From Raja brachyura (Eukaryota): 64,000 bases of DNA. Positions 11,640-24,551 of the stretch are shown here, piece by piece (the first letter of the stretch is position 1; every line of letters starts with the position of its first letter). The stretch covers positions 44,764,001 through 44,828,000 of the forward strand of contig OY740783.1 in assembly GCA_963514005.1 (NCBI GenBank), read 5' to 3'. The position numbers were made by a program, and so were the translations under genes. The notes beneath the pieces were generated by a model, which was not told the DNA's origin, did not search any database, and saw nothing but the letters and a program-made list of their open reading frames with translations.

Positions 11640-13900
11640 ACCTTTGGAATCGAGTTGGCAAGGCCAATATTTATTCCCCATCTCTTAATGCCATTCAGAA
11701 GGTGATATTTAGAGAGCTGACTTCTTAAAATACTGCAGTCCCTCTGATGAATGTAGTCTCAAAGTTTGGTATAACATACAGTATTTTAGTGCTTGGATCC
11801 AATGATGAAGAAGGATTGGTGATAAATTTCCAAAGTTCGGCAGGTTGCGACTTAGAGAGGAACCCAGACTTGATGTTCCAAACCCCAGATGCTTCTGACC
11901 TTCCTGGTGGGAGTGGTTACAGCATTGGGAGGCGTTCTCAGAGCAGCCCGGCTGAGTAACTACAGTGTATTTTGTGAATAGTAGACACTGCAGCCAATGT
12001 GCACTGATGGTGCAACAAATAAATGGTTAGTGCCATTAATGAAACACCAATCAAGATGGCTGCTTTGTCCTTGATGACATCAAGTTTCTTCAGAGTTGTT
12101 GGCGTTGCACTCATCCAAATAAGTGGTGAGAATTCTATCATGCTCCTGATCTGTGACTTGTACATGCTGTAGAGGCCTTAACTTGTCAGGACATGAACCT
12201 TTGACGTACCAATGGTAGTTATATGTGTAGGAAAGAACTGCAGATGCTCGTTTGAATCAAAGGCAGACCCAAAATGCTGGAGTAACTCAGCCGGACAGGT
12301 AGCATCTCTGAAGAGAAGGAATGGGTGCCGTTTTGGGTCAATGCGCAGGTCTAGTTGAACTTCTGGTCATTGGCGATTTTCAGGATATTGCTGGTGGGGA
12401 ACTCAGTGATGACAATACCACTGAATGTCAAGTAAGGTGAGATAAGCCTTGTTAAAGTTGGTCATTGTCTGCAATTTGTAATGTTGCTGAAGTGGAGTTA
12501 GTTGAGAGCTTCATATTTCTAGGTAAAAATATCACCAACAATTTGTCGATCAAAACCACATTTATTCTATGGTCAGGGAAGCACACCATTGCCTCTACTT
12601 CCTCAGAAGACTGAGGAAATTTGACACCACCCTTCACAAATTCGACATATGCACCATAGAAAGCATTCTCTCCGGATGCATTAGAGCTTGATATGACAAC
12701 TGGTCTGCCCAAGAGCACAAGAAATTGGAGAGAATTATGAACATTCCCAGTCAATCATGCAAATCAGCATCCTCCTCATTGATTCCATCTATACCACATG
12801 CTGCTTTCTTCCTTTTAATGCCCATTGACTTCAGTTTTTCCTGGGCATCGTGCTTGCTGGCACACTATCAGGGGCATAAACTTTCACCTCATTTTGGGAA
12901 TTCAGCACCTTCATCCATATTTTGAATTAGGTGATGATGACATTTGGAGCTGTGTGTTCTTGGCAAAACCCAAACTGGGCATTGGTGAGCTGTTAATTGT
13001 TGAGTAACTGCTGCTTGATAGCACCCTCAATGAGATGTTCCTCATTTATGTTGATGACTGGAGGTAAACTAGTTCTGGAAACTAAGAACTGCAGATGTTG
13101 GTTTATACCAAAGATAGACACAAAGTACTGGAGTGACTCAGCGGGTCAGGCAGCATCTCTGGAGGAAAGGTATGGGTGACGTTTTGAGTCAGTGCCCCTC
13201 TTCAGACTGAAGACACTTCTTCTGAAGAACTGATGACCCAAAACGTTACCCACCCTTTGTCTCCAAAGATGCTGAGGTACTCCAGCACTTTGTGTCTAGC
13301 TTTAGGCTAGTTGTGCATTAATTAGAAGGATTTGGATTTATCCCACATTTGGTGAATAGGATGTGCTTGGGCAATTTTCCACATTATGTGTTAGGTACTG
13401 GAACAACTTGGCCAAAGGTGCAACAATCTGGACCAACGCTCTTCTTTACTACAGCTGGATATTGTCTGATCCTGTTGTGTTTGCAGTGCTCTCAGCCATT
13501 TGTTGGCATCACAGGGAGCAAATTGAATTGGCAGGAGACTGGCTTCTGAGGATCTCAGGAGACAGCCGAGATGGATCATCCAGCGGGTACTACTGAGAGT
13601 ACGTCATTGCCATGCATTAGTCTTTTCTTTAACAGTTACATATTGGGGCCCTGTCATTATTGAGAATGGGGATGTTGATAGAACCTCCTCTTCCCAGTGC
13701 CAACCACCATTCATGACTAGACATGGAAGGACTGCTAAGCTTCAATTGGATTTGGTGCATGTGAGGTTGTATATTGCAAGCTGCCATTGCAGTTCAGTAT
13801 ACAAATAATCCTACATTGCAGTTTCAATGAGTTGGCACCTTGTCAATTTTAAGAATGCCCAATGCTATTCCCCACACACCTTCCTGAGTTCCTTGCTGAA
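11640..13900 (-). mobile_element. Old L2/CR1-group LINE remnant with nested younger repeats
   Basis: ORF 11938-12165 (YKSQIRSMIEFSPLIWMSATPTTLKKLDVIKDKAAILIG) resembles a LINE RT C-terminus; interrupted by Penelope-derived pieces (~12225-12340, ~13080-13300) and a Rex1/Babar-like piece. Confidence 0.65.
12495..12805 (+). mobile_element. Rex1/Babar-like LINE RT fragment
   Basis: Degenerate FIFLG...LYFLRRLRKF...CTIESILSGCI motifs. Confidence 0.65.
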
Positions 13901-14617
13901 CCATGTTTAATAAACTGTAGATAATGGGTTATTAACCTGGGGGTAAATCAGTCAAATGTTTATTCAATGTTGTATATTAATACATCAACTGCCAAAACCA
14001 GGTTTGCCTATGTTAGATTTGCAATGATTACAGACTAGAAATTGGGTTTCACAACTGACTTCTGCATTACCAGATGACAGCAGGCTGCCCGCTGGTATAT
14101 GAGGCAGTTGCCATGGAGCTGAGGGAAGATGATGGGAGGGGATGACCAGAAATGTAAAGGGGGAATCCAGGGGGAAGGAAAACTTAAGTGGGTGAAGTAA
14201 CACTGGTTAAGGGAAGAACTAAGCAGAATCATGTTGGGTCATGAACCCTTCCATGCTTAGGAGTGGTCTGATTGAACCACATCCTGCTCCATAGCAATCA
14301 GTAGAGCTGCCAAACAACACACCAACATACATATGAATGATGAGGTGCCAATCTAGTGAAACTGCAACACCAGACTACATTACGAGCAAAAACAACTAGC
14401 AATAAATAGCTCTGTGAACTTGGGTGCTGAGATCTGCATCAGTGTTTCCTATAAATCAGAAATGAGTGTTATTCACAATGATGATGCCGGCATATGTGCA
14501 AAAACGCCAGGGAAATGTATTTTGTCTTATCCAGCCATTAGGCTTCCATAATATTGTACATCAATCGTATTGCAGAAGGCATGGCTTTGACCCATGAATA
14601 AAAGCAGGCTTGATTAC

Positions 14618-14676
14618 TTTGGCAGTCTCCCAGACCATCTGTGTTCCCGTGCTCGATATCCTGTTCAAATGATGAT
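14618..14676 (-). CDS. SEMA6A: SEMA6A coding exon 15 (59 nt)
   Basis: acatag|ATCATCATTT...CAAA|gtaatc; SSFEQDIEHGNTDGLGDCQ. Confidence 0.95.
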
Positions 14677-15365
14677 CTATGTAAGAGAAAGAGAGAATAC
14701 CATCCAATGGTTATTAAGAATAAAAAGATAAGTAAATGTCTGAAATTTCCAAAAATCAGCAGATACTTCACATACGATTGACAATATCATCCACAGATTG
14801 TCCTGGGATAACACCTGATCTATGCCTGTTAGTTAATCCTAGTTGAGAAAGAAGCCAAGGCACAATTCTCCTCGTCTTCAGATTAGAGAACTAGAGGATT
14901 AGGGTTAGGAATATGATGAGAGATATAGGAGGGTTTTAGTAGGGGGCAAACGTACAGATCCTTACTTACAATTGAATCTTAATACCTTTCTATATCATAC
15001 TTTTCAATTCTAAAGTAAGGGCAACTAAGGGATGCAATGAACAATTGCTATGTTGTAGGATTATACTTTAGTTTAGACATACAATTCCTAAATGAAGCAT
15101 ATATATTTGGTAGAATAATGTGATTTCAGACCTGGTCAGGGATATTTGAATTAGGTGGGCAATGGCAGGTGTACAATGTGGAATCGGTACAATTTCTATA
15201 TCTAAAATATTATAACCAGCTAAACTGGCAAAATATAAATACAGCAATTACTATCGTCATACAAACTTGAAGGGGAATCTTACAGATGTTGGTGCATGAA
15301 TGCACCCGATGCTCTTGATCTTCCAGATGGGACAGATCATGAGTTTGGTCAGTGCTAACTTAGAG

Positions 15366-15655
15366 CAGCACGGTGGCACAACAGTAGAGTTGCTGCCTTA
15401 CAGTGCCAGAGACCCGGGATCAATCCTGACTGTACTTAGTTTGTTCGTTCTGTCCGTGACCACATGGATTTTCTCCGGGTGCTTTGGTTTCCTTCCACAC
15501 TCCAAAGACATACAGGTTTGTAGATTATTTGGCTTAGGTAAAAATGTAAATTGTCCCTAGTGTGTAGGATAGTTGCCAGTGCAGGGGAATCACTTGTCAG
15601 CGGGGACTGGGTGGGCGAAGTGCCTGTTTCCGCACTGTTTCTCTAAATTAAATTA
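15366..15655 (+). mobile_element. tRNA-derived V-SINE (HE1-like), near full length
   Basis: tRNA-like head cacggtggcacaac...gacccgggatcaatcctgac; V-domain-like ctccgggtgctttggtttccttccacactccaaagac; CR1-type tail. Confidence 0.8.
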
Positions 15656-17125
15656 AAGAGTAACTGTACTGCATTTTTAGCCACTGCAACCAAGGTTCCC
15701 CCGGTGATGGAGGAAACAAATGTGCAGGTTGGAATGTGGGCTATAAGTCAGATTGACTTATAGTCGACTACCTTTGATGTCTTGGTGTAAGGCTTACTGA
15801 ATGTTGTTGGAACCTCACTAATCCAGACAACTGGAGAGCATTATAATCACATTCCTGATTTGTACCTACTGGGGAGGCTTTGAGAAGGAAGATACTTGTA
15901 ACAGGATAATTGCCATCTAATCTGCCCCATCTCTGCAGTATTTATGTGATTAGTCTGGATGAAATTATAATCAAAAACTGACTATCACTTTACCTCCCTT
16001 CACTTCCAGATATTGAGCATTAGGTCCCTTTGAGGAAGGGGATGCAATTTGACACTTGTTGGATCTGTGAAACCACTTGGCACCAAATGCTGCAAAAGTT
16101 GTTTGCTGCTTGGTTTGAGAGTTTTATAGGAAAGTAGATAAAGTGGACCAGCACTCTGAGAGCACCAAAAAAAACAATTGATTTATCTTCCTTAAATTCT
16201 TGGTTGTGTGGTGTCCTCTTTTAGGATGTGAAATTGCATGCAATATGACGCACCTTGCACCACGTTAGTGATAGAAAATAATAATGTAATGCCCTCTGAT
16301 ACAGATATTGGGCCATTTATAAATGATCTTTTCTCCTGAAAGCTTGATGTATATGGATTGCAAAACCCAATATTTATATGGGGCAAGGATCTACCCTTTT
16401 CATAGTGTGGTATTTACCATATGGTTAGATATTAATATAAAGATCTGCCTCTTCTTTCATTGAATGGGGTGATCTGTGAGTGAGGATCTGTGTTTGTGCA
16501 TTGCCGCTCTGCCGAGCCCTTTACTTCAGCTGTGTCTTTCAAAGAATCAGTGTATTTCAGTATTGATGGGCATGCAAATCAGGCAAATTGCTTTCCGGCC
16601 ACCTTGGAGGGGAGCAGTGGTGCTACAAATCGGCAATACATATCTCATCCACGTTCTGCGCATAGATTAAAGTCTGCAGGCACAGGAGGAAAAATATACT
16701 GGGGGTGGGGATATGGTTGGGAGAAAGGTAAGGTTACGTACCCACACAATATCAGTATTTTTTATTCCATGTTTCATAAGTCATGTTTCATAATATATAC
16801 TTATTTCATAAGCAAACTTCTGCTTTCACTTTAGTAAACTCATTAATTTTTCAGTCTGAGTTCTAACCACCAAGACCACCAAAAAGTGACTGTTTATTTA
16901 GAATAAAAGAAGACAAGCAGCCAATTTGTCTGCTATTAGCAGATGACATTCAATCCTCCAAAAGGGCTCAGGGGAACAGGCAACAAACAACTTCACTGCA
17001 TTGATTTCAATAGAAAGCAGTTGCCAACAGGGCTCAGCCCTTGTTCTATCAATGCTGCTGGCTTCACCTCTCCAGTCATAGATTTTACTTGTTCACCTCT
17101 CCTTTATGTAAAAGGCATCACTTAC

Positions 17126-17203
17126 TTAGTTGTCGGTGACAGCTGCACGCATGATCCCTCCTTCAGCCAACCACAGTAGGGGTCCCGAGAGGCAACACAA
17201 GCC
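17126..17203 (-). CDS. SEMA6A: SEMA6A coding exon 14 (PSI domain, 78 nt)
   Basis: tctccag|GGCTTGT...ACTAA|gtaagt; ACVASRDPYCGWLKEGSCVQLSPTT. Confidence 0.96.
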   Translation of the reverse strand, partial: GLCCLSGPLLWLAEGGIMRAAVTDN

Positions 17204-17310
17204 CTGGAGAGATGACAAAAAAAGACTTCTGGATGGATATCCAAGGCACAATCCATGTGAACTCCTCCCAAACAAAACAGCATACACACACGTGCCACTA
17301 GAAACCCTGT

Positions 17311-17665
17311 ACTCGAATAGTGAAAGGCCTGGATAGAGTGGATGTGGAGAGGATGTTTCCACTAGTAGGAGAGGCTAGGATCAGAGGCCACAGCCTCAGA
17401 TTAAAAGGACATATGTTTACAAAGGAGATGAAGAGGAGTTTATTTAGTCTGTGGCAGTGAATTTGTGGAATTCACTGCCACAGACAGCTGTGGAGGACGT
17501 CAATGGATATGTTTAAGGCGGAGTTTAACAGATTCTTGATCAGTACGGGTGTCAGGGATTACGGGGAATAGGCAGGAGAATTGGTTTGAGAGGGAAAGAT
17601 ATATCAGCCATGATTGAATGGCGGAGTAGATGGCCTAATTGTACTCCTATAACTTATGAATTTAT
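17311..17665 (+). mobile_element. CR1/HER1-like LINE 3' end
   Basis: GLDRVDVERMFPLVGEARIRGHSLRLKG C-terminal motif plus tail; ends ~20 bp from the donor of coding exon 13. Confidence 0.8.
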
Positions 17666-17683
17666 GAACTATGAAGTACTCAC

Positions 17684-17824
17684 TTTTTGCACTTGTTGTG
17701 CCGCTCACATCGAGCAAGAGGCATCCTCACGACACAAGTGGAGAAGGCCACAAACAGAGCACTGCTGGGCTTATCAAGCAGCATTCCCACGATTCTTCTA
17801 TCTTCCACACCATCAATACTGCAC
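17684..17824 (-). CDS. SEMA6A: SEMA6A coding exon 13 (141 nt)
   Basis: gtcag|GTGCAGT...AAAAA|gtgagt; CSIDGVEDRRIVGMLLDKPSSALFVAFSTCVVRMPLARCERHNKCK. Confidence 0.96.
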
Positions 17825-18091
17825 CTGACGCCGAACGGCCAAATTGACATTATGAGAATCACGTTCAATACACCAGGACATTTTGTGTTTCTGTGGGAAT
17901 TAGCAGGGAATTATTCCCTGGCCCAATTAATGAATCAAGGTGGGTCTTTGTGCTTTGTGGGAATCATTATGTGATTGATGTCATGGGAAATTACATTGAA
18001 ACACAAGAACGCAAGAGTATTGGAGTATGAGTAGATCACACGCCTAACCCATCATTCAGTATGTTCATGGCTGAATCTTGTTGGCCTCAAC

Positions 18092-18361
18092 TCCCCGATC
18101 GTCCGCAGAAGTCGGCTATAGGAAAGGATCTGTTGGCTCCAGCCTGTCCAGAATTCCAGAGCCCCAGCCGCAGGGGGAAAATTCAACCTGCCGATCGGCT
18201 ATGGAGGTCCCGATGAGATTGAGATCAGCTGCCTGACCTGGCCTAGGTGTCACATTTTCGAGGGGACATCCGGGGGAGGATTTCAACTGCACTCTCTTAA
18301 TTTTATCCGCATTAAAGGAGGTGCTGGACAACCAGTTACCAGAAAATCGGTGGTGCACCTG
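18092..18361 (-). mobile_element. Partial Tc1/mariner-type MITE (same family as 53946-54423)
   Basis: Terminus atcggtggtgcacctg-ta matches the TIR of the 53946 element; internal sequence is homologous to ~54020-54290 in reverse. Confidence 0.7.
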
Positions 18362-18414
18362 TATTTGACATAAACCAATGAGTAAATTAGCTTAAATCAC
18401 AACGGTGCACTTAC

Positions 18415-18588
18415 TTTTCTACATTGTAGATATTAATTTCCTCCAGGAAGATGCTATCATTGAAGGAGCCCATATTTGCTTTGGCCAGGAATTTTAAGAT
18501 GATTCCTTTCTCTGACCCAAGAAACACCACGGTGTAATTCTGGCACGGGCCTGCTGCAGTGTCCACTGCTATTTTAGTCAATCGATAC
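18415..18588 (-). CDS. SEMA6A: SEMA6A coding exon 12 (174 nt)
   Basis: aaacag|GTATCG...GAAAA|gtaagt; YRLTKIAVDTAAGPCQNYTVVFLGSEKGIILKFLAKSKYGSFNDSIFLEEINIYNVE. Confidence 0.96.
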
Positions 18589-19969
18589 CTGTTTAAAACA
18601 ATGAGTGGTTTTCATTAAAATTCAGTTGTACTATAGAACCACATTGAATGCTAAATATTAAGAGGTATATATATATATATTTTAAAGTATACAGCAGAAT
18701 CATTTCAAACAAAATAATCACTCCATTTAAAAAAAAAAGCCAATAGATAATGTCAAACCCAGAATGCACTGGTAAAAAGGAGCAACAATCTCCAAGTGTC
18801 ATGAAATCAAAATGTAACAAGTTCCTTCACAATATAACAGAGAGCTTTTGCTTGTGTGTGACCTATCAAGTGGATTCTTTAACCAGAGTTGGTTCCCATT
18901 TAGCTGTAATATGCTGACTGCTTCAAGAAGCAGACAAGCTCCCTTTTGTTCACCTACACTGGCAGATCAACAGACCTTAAATTCTAAATATATCTGTACC
19001 AAGGGCTGCATTGTTCAACCCATGAAATATGATTTTTAGAGAACTGATCGTTCTCTATATATGGGCATAACAGTGCACTCACTGTTTAAACTCTTACCAG
19101 CTGTGCTGCCTTCTACCAGACGCTCCACAAAGTCAGGCACTAAATAAATATTTTCCCAGCAACTGCACTACCACCAATGAACAGGAGCTCACGCAGCCAA
19201 CTAAAACTAGTACCAAAGCCTGAACAGCAAAAAATCACCCCTTAAAAAGTAATTACTTGAAATGTCAAAAGTGTACAGAAGGTCAATTAGATTGTAAAAC
19301 GAGAAAGACAAGTTTAATGTCTCCAATGTGCTCCTTCACACTAACCCCTTTTGTCTTGCAGAGACTGTTTCTGCATTTTATATTCTTAATTTTCAATCTG
19401 ATGTAATTTTATCTTTGTTTCAAAGATGTTCTTTCTTTCACAGTTGTATGGTATCCCCATAATCGTCAACACATCTGCTTACTTAGCATACTACAAACAG
19501 TTATGAAAATATCTTTGCTGACAGCCATTAAATAGAATGAATAGAAAACCCAGTGGGGAACCATTCTGTTTCATATAATGAGCTTGGTCTACGTTCTTAA
19601 TTTACTTCTATGTACCATAACAGTTCCTGGCGTGTGTAGTCCAATTGATACAATAATATTGATAAAACTCACTCAAAGTAAGATTTTTTGAGCAAAGGAA
19701 AATAATTAGGCAATTTAGATGACAGCCCTGCCATGGTTGTTTAGTCATTCAATAAAATCATCTTTGATGATTCTTTATTCTATATCATTTAATGTTTAAA
19801 AAAATATCGATCAGATTTGTTAATAACATCAATGCAGAATTTCAGCATTTTTTCCATATTTTGCCACTTTTCTCCTGCAAACCCTATTCTAAAACTATAT
19901 AACGTAATCTATATTCTTAATTTCTCTTACCAATAGAAATAATTTATTTCTATGTACCATAACAGTTGA

Positions 19970-20257
19970 GACTTTAGAGATACAGTGTGGAAACAGGCCC
20001 CACGGCCTACTGAATCTGCCCTGACTATCAATCACCCTGTACTCTAACCTACACACACTAGGAACATTTTTTTACAACTTACTGAACCTAATTAACCTAC
20101 AAACCTTTACATCTTTAGAGTGTGGGAGTAAACCAGAGCAACTGCAGAAAACCCATGTAGTCACAGGGAGAATGTACAAATTCCAGACAGATCGTAGTCA
20201 AGATCGAACCTGGGTCTCTGGCGCTGTAAGACAGCAGCTCCACTATTGCGCCAATGT
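19970..20257 (-). mobile_element. HE1-like V-SINE
   Basis: Reverse-complement homology to 15366-15655. Confidence 0.75.
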
Positions 20258-20400
20258 GCAAAGTTCAATCTAATATCTTGAAGATTGCTCTTCAAATAAC
20301 CAAAGTCATTTTGTTTTACTTCATAAACATTACCATTACAGGCCAGTAAGAAAGGGTCGGCATTGGTTTAAGCTAAGGCCAAATAAAGAGGACCACCAAC

Positions 20401-20556
20401 CTGACCATTGTCCTCAAAAACCACGGCCTATTGTAAATTGAGGGGACAGCTTCGTCCAGTAGAGGGTGTGTTTTAATGAAGTTGAGGGTGTCATCTGGAA
20501 ATCCATTGGAGGTGCTGTATCTTTCCAGAGACAGTGATCCTGCACAACTACCTGGC
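20401..20556 (-). CDS. SEMA6A: SEMA6A coding exon 11 (156 nt)
   Basis: gcatag|GCCAGG...GTCAG|gttggt; PGSCAGSLSLERYSTSNGFPDDTLNFIKTHPLLDEAVPSIYNRPWFLRTMV. Confidence 0.97.
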
Positions 20557-20684
20557 CTATGCAAGAGACAAAATAAATGATTGTCAAAGAGGGAGAAATC
20601 AACCAACAGACCCAATTCTACAAAATTGGCACTGAGAAACATTTGAGGGTTTAAGTGGAATTCTAAGGTGTGGAGATGAAGACC

Positions 20685-20925
20685 CCATAAGACATAGGAG
20701 CAGAATTATGAGATTATAGCCTTTGATGCCCTTTCCTATTCAAGAACCTATCAATCTCTACTTTAAAATACCCAATGGCTTGGCATCCACAGCAATGAAT
20801 TCCACAGATTTGCCACCCTCTAGTAAAATTAATTCATCCTCATCTCCATTCTAAAGGTGTGTCCTTTTATTCTGAGACTGTGCCCTCTAGTCCTAGACAT
20901 TCCCACCACTGGGAATATCCTCTCC
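20685..20925 (-). mobile_element. CR1/HER1-like 3' fragment
   Basis: cataagacataggagcagaatt tail and gaattccacagatt...ccttttattctgag body shared with other copies. Confidence 0.7.
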
Positions 20926-21414
20926 TAGCGAAGGAAATTGTGCATCATGTCTGTAAAAGTATTCTCCTTCTTGCCTTGGATGATTTAATTTGTCAATGGG
21001 AAATGAAGATTGCTTACTTCTACAACAATTGGACCTCAATGAACTGCTCACTTAATTTGATATTGTGTCAGTGCAATTATTAAAAAACGTTCAGGTAGGG
21101 CATTTCCTTACGAGCGATCACAAGCAATCCTTTTTTTGTAAACCAGCATCTGCAGTTCCTTGTTTCTACACTCTTAATTGGAGATCAGCTTGGCTTACTT
21201 CCACCTGGGTATCAAAGTTTCACTTAGCTACACTAAGCTATCTACCTAATATACAACCAACCATTTATGAAGTTCCTGACAACATATACACACAGCACAT
21301 CTTATGGTTAGTTAAACCTACCAACAACCAGCTTACAATTGTTGCCGAATGCCAGACTGAGTCCATTTTAAGCAGTCTGGATTTGCATGTTAAGATCCTG
21401 TGATAAAGTGAGAT

Positions 21415-21595
21415 AGAGCTCTTCGAGTTAGATAGAACTCTTGTAGCTCTTAAAGATAGCAGAGTCAGGGGAAATGTGGTGAGAAGGCAGGAATGGGGTA
21501 CTGAATGTGGATGATCAGTCATGATCACAGTGAATGGCGGTGCTGGCTCGAAGGGCCAAATGGCCCACTCCTGCACCTATTGTCTATTGTCTATT
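21415..21595 (+). mobile_element. CR1/HER1-like 3' tail
   Basis: gaatggcggtgctggctcgaagggccaaatggcccactcctgcacctatt tail motif. Confidence 0.7.
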
Positions 21596-23480
21596 GTCGT
21601 CTGTAGTCCATTTCTCATACCAAAATAATGACCCAAATGAAAATTGAAGAGTAATAGATTCTTTGCCAGGATTCCATTTGGTATCAAGACAAGGTGGAGC
21701 ATTCTTTCCGTAGCAAAGAGCAAAGAAAAAGGGTCCCGACCCAAAACATCACCTACCCATTTTCTCAAGAGATGCTGCCTGACCCGCTGAGGTATTCTGG
21801 CATTTTGTGTCTATCCAATGTATGATAGTGTTAGGCAGTAGGCAACTCAAACCATTTCTGCAGTGACATGGGTGGGAGTTACGAGAGTATCTCTAGCCAT
21901 TCATTGTATCAATGCTTTTATGGTATGTTATCGTATAGTGATCTTTGTTAGTGGGTAAAAGATGAAGCGCACAGCATATCACAGAAACAGAAATTCTGGA
22001 TGTTCAGAATTGAATGGAGCTTGATTTGATGTTCTAGTTAGAATTAAATGACCAACATAGTAAAATAAGTTATTGTATCAGATGGGGATGGGGGAGGGTG
22101 GGTGAAAGTGCTGGCTTAAACATTGTATGGTTTTAATTATCAAAATTGAATATAATATGTAAAGCAGTAAATGTTATATAATCAATCTGGGGGGATGTTA
22201 TCTTGATATAGACTCAGCCTGCCACTGGGCCTCCAGTACTGAAAAAGGCTAAAAATTAAATTAAGCACATTATCCTGTCAAATAAAACCACATTGTAAGT
22301 CCAAGCATTTTAAATAACTGAAACATGATTGGATTTATCTTGTGTGCCAGAAATCTGAGATATCTGAACATACACTAGGTTGCTAATGAATTTTATTGGC
22401 AAATGCATGTATGAAAAAATAACACTATCTTGTTGCATGCTTAAAATAAACCAATAAATTATTTGGATTGTCGATTTAGCCCTCCATGTGAAATGTTGAG
22501 CATCATTGCACTATATTATTTTTCATATATTTATCCATGTCTACCGTTCCACTATTAATTATCAAATTAGAGGATTTTTCTCTGATTGGGAATCAAAGAG
22601 AGTGATTGCTTGCCAAACACAGTGGGAGGAGTGCCCACTTAATGCAATTGTTTCAATCCGCTCCCTTCAACAGGAGGCATTACCTTGTTTTAAATTAAAT
22701 AGCTTGACACCTCTGCTAAAACAGCAGTGAGAGGAATCTCGAACAAATGCGCTGAGCATTTGCACATATATCATTCACAGTTTATTTTTACTGCCTAATT
22801 ACCATATGAGTGCCTTTATGCATTGCAGTGTTTCTGATATATTGGTTATGTCATTTTGCACAGCAACATTTTACTAAAACCTTCAAAATGTTGGTATAGG
22901 ATACTGAAAGAAGATTTTTTTTTCCTCATACTAATTCAGAGGCGCACTTGGTAATATTTATCCCTGACCAATATCACTAAAGCACAGCTTATCTGGATAT
23001 AGTGCACCACAGCAAGAGTCTTGTTTCAACCAAGAATACAAATAGGATGAGGCAGTTTCTGGCTCAGAGCAGCACTAACAATGTATGAAGCAGTATCATA
23101 AATAGACATTGAGCCTGCAGTATGGCTTATCTTATATAAAGGACAGCAGTGCCAAATGAAAATAACAGCATTTTTTGGAGTCAATTGAATTCATATTGTT
23201 TCAAGATTCAGTGAAATGTTATCTCCTTGCATAACTCATACTTTTCTTTTGTGCGGGGCAACATGAAGGAAAAATATTGTTGTGCATTTACAGCAAGCTA
23301 ATAGAATGTAAATGGAACAAATGCCTTGTATTGTGCAAGAATATCGTTAAATTTTACTTTGAAGAACAAATCTGGCCACAGTCAGCCAAACGTTAACAGA
23401 ATAAAAGGCTTCTTATGTTGTTTGAACATTCCTGGAAAAAAAATTCTGAAGAAAATATATCTTAAAGACAGCTGGCATAC

Positions 23481-23612
23481 CTTGGCTTAGGAACTCGGTC
23501 TTCAGGGACAGGGGTCCACGTGGAATCAGAAGATTTCTGCTCTTTGAATCGACCAGTAAAAACAGTGGCAATGTCCTCCATATCATACGCACAGACCGCT
23601 GAGCCAGGGATG
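23481..23612 (-). CDS. SEMA6A: SEMA6A coding exon 10 (132 nt)
   Basis: ctgcag|CATCCCT...CCAAG|gtatgc; [43 protein letters not shown]. Confidence 0.96.
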
Positions 23613-24333
23613 CTGCAGTTTGACATTGAGCAGAAAGCCGCTGTTCACTCAAACGCCATGCAGCAAATTAATCCTTAACACGTTTTTTAAAATTGGCTTC
23701 CTGTTTTCCTACTAACAAGCTACACCATTACGAGCTTTCACACATTGTCTGGGTATTTTTCCACTAACCCATTAACCCCAGTCCCCACACCTGGCTTTTT
23801 TCCTTAACTTCTCCAAAAATGCAGCTCATTTTAGACAGCATTGATGAATTGTGATAAAATGTATACTTTGTGATGCTCTATTTGTCCCAGGCATTTAGTT
23901 TTAATCAACAAATGATGACCAATTAAGCAACAGAAAAGTAAAGGAAGATAAACCCCTGTCAGATCTAGGAGCAAAAGCAATGACCATATATTACGGCTTC
24001 TAGGATGCTTAAATACAGCTTCTGTCCTTATCATTTATAGTTATAGCAGCAAAAAAACAGCTTTGAGTTGCAAATTCAGAAATATTAGCCATTTTTTAGT
24101 GATAATGTAAGTTTGTTCATATTTTTAAAGTAACAATTTCATAAAAGGAAAGAAATACAAATAGTTGTGTACATTCTAGAAATGTAATTATGCAAACTTG
24201 TAATATTACATTTGACCTACACTTAATTTGCAGATCTGCATTGGTATTATATAAACAAGCAATATGATTTGAAGATACTACAGTATTTTAATAACTTTAG
24301 GTTAGCATCTCAAATGCTGCCTATAATGTTTAC

Positions 24334-24551
24334 CTGTTATATGGTGTAGAAAATGTTGCTAGAATCACATCGCGACCATTAATATGTACAACATCAGTCA
24401 CTGACTGCAGGATGTTGAAGTAAAAGTGTGAATCCCCTGGTACTGAACAGTTGAGACGAGCCTTCACAAAGGATGTCCATTGCTTCTCCAATACTCTCTG
24501 AGAACCTCCCATGTCATTTTTGCAAACACGAGCCACTCGTGGGAAGAGAAC
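24334..24551 (-). CDS. SEMA6A: SEMA6A coding exon 9 (218 nt)
   Basis: tttacag|GTTCTC...AACAG|gtaaac; [49 protein letters not shown]...FSTPYN (Sema domain signature). Confidence 0.98.

Noticed and set aside
15366-15435. tRNA gene
   Set aside because: It is the tRNA-derived head of a SINE and continues into the V-domain and LINE tail; no full cloverleaf.
16000-16460. Possible ancient coding remnant (ORF 16192-16386)
   Set aside because: No recognisable motif or splice sites compatible with SEMA6A.
19588-19967. Short direct repeat (ttctatgtaccataacagtt) about 340 bp apart
   Set aside because: An AT-rich local duplication that does not flank a recognisable element; no functional signal.
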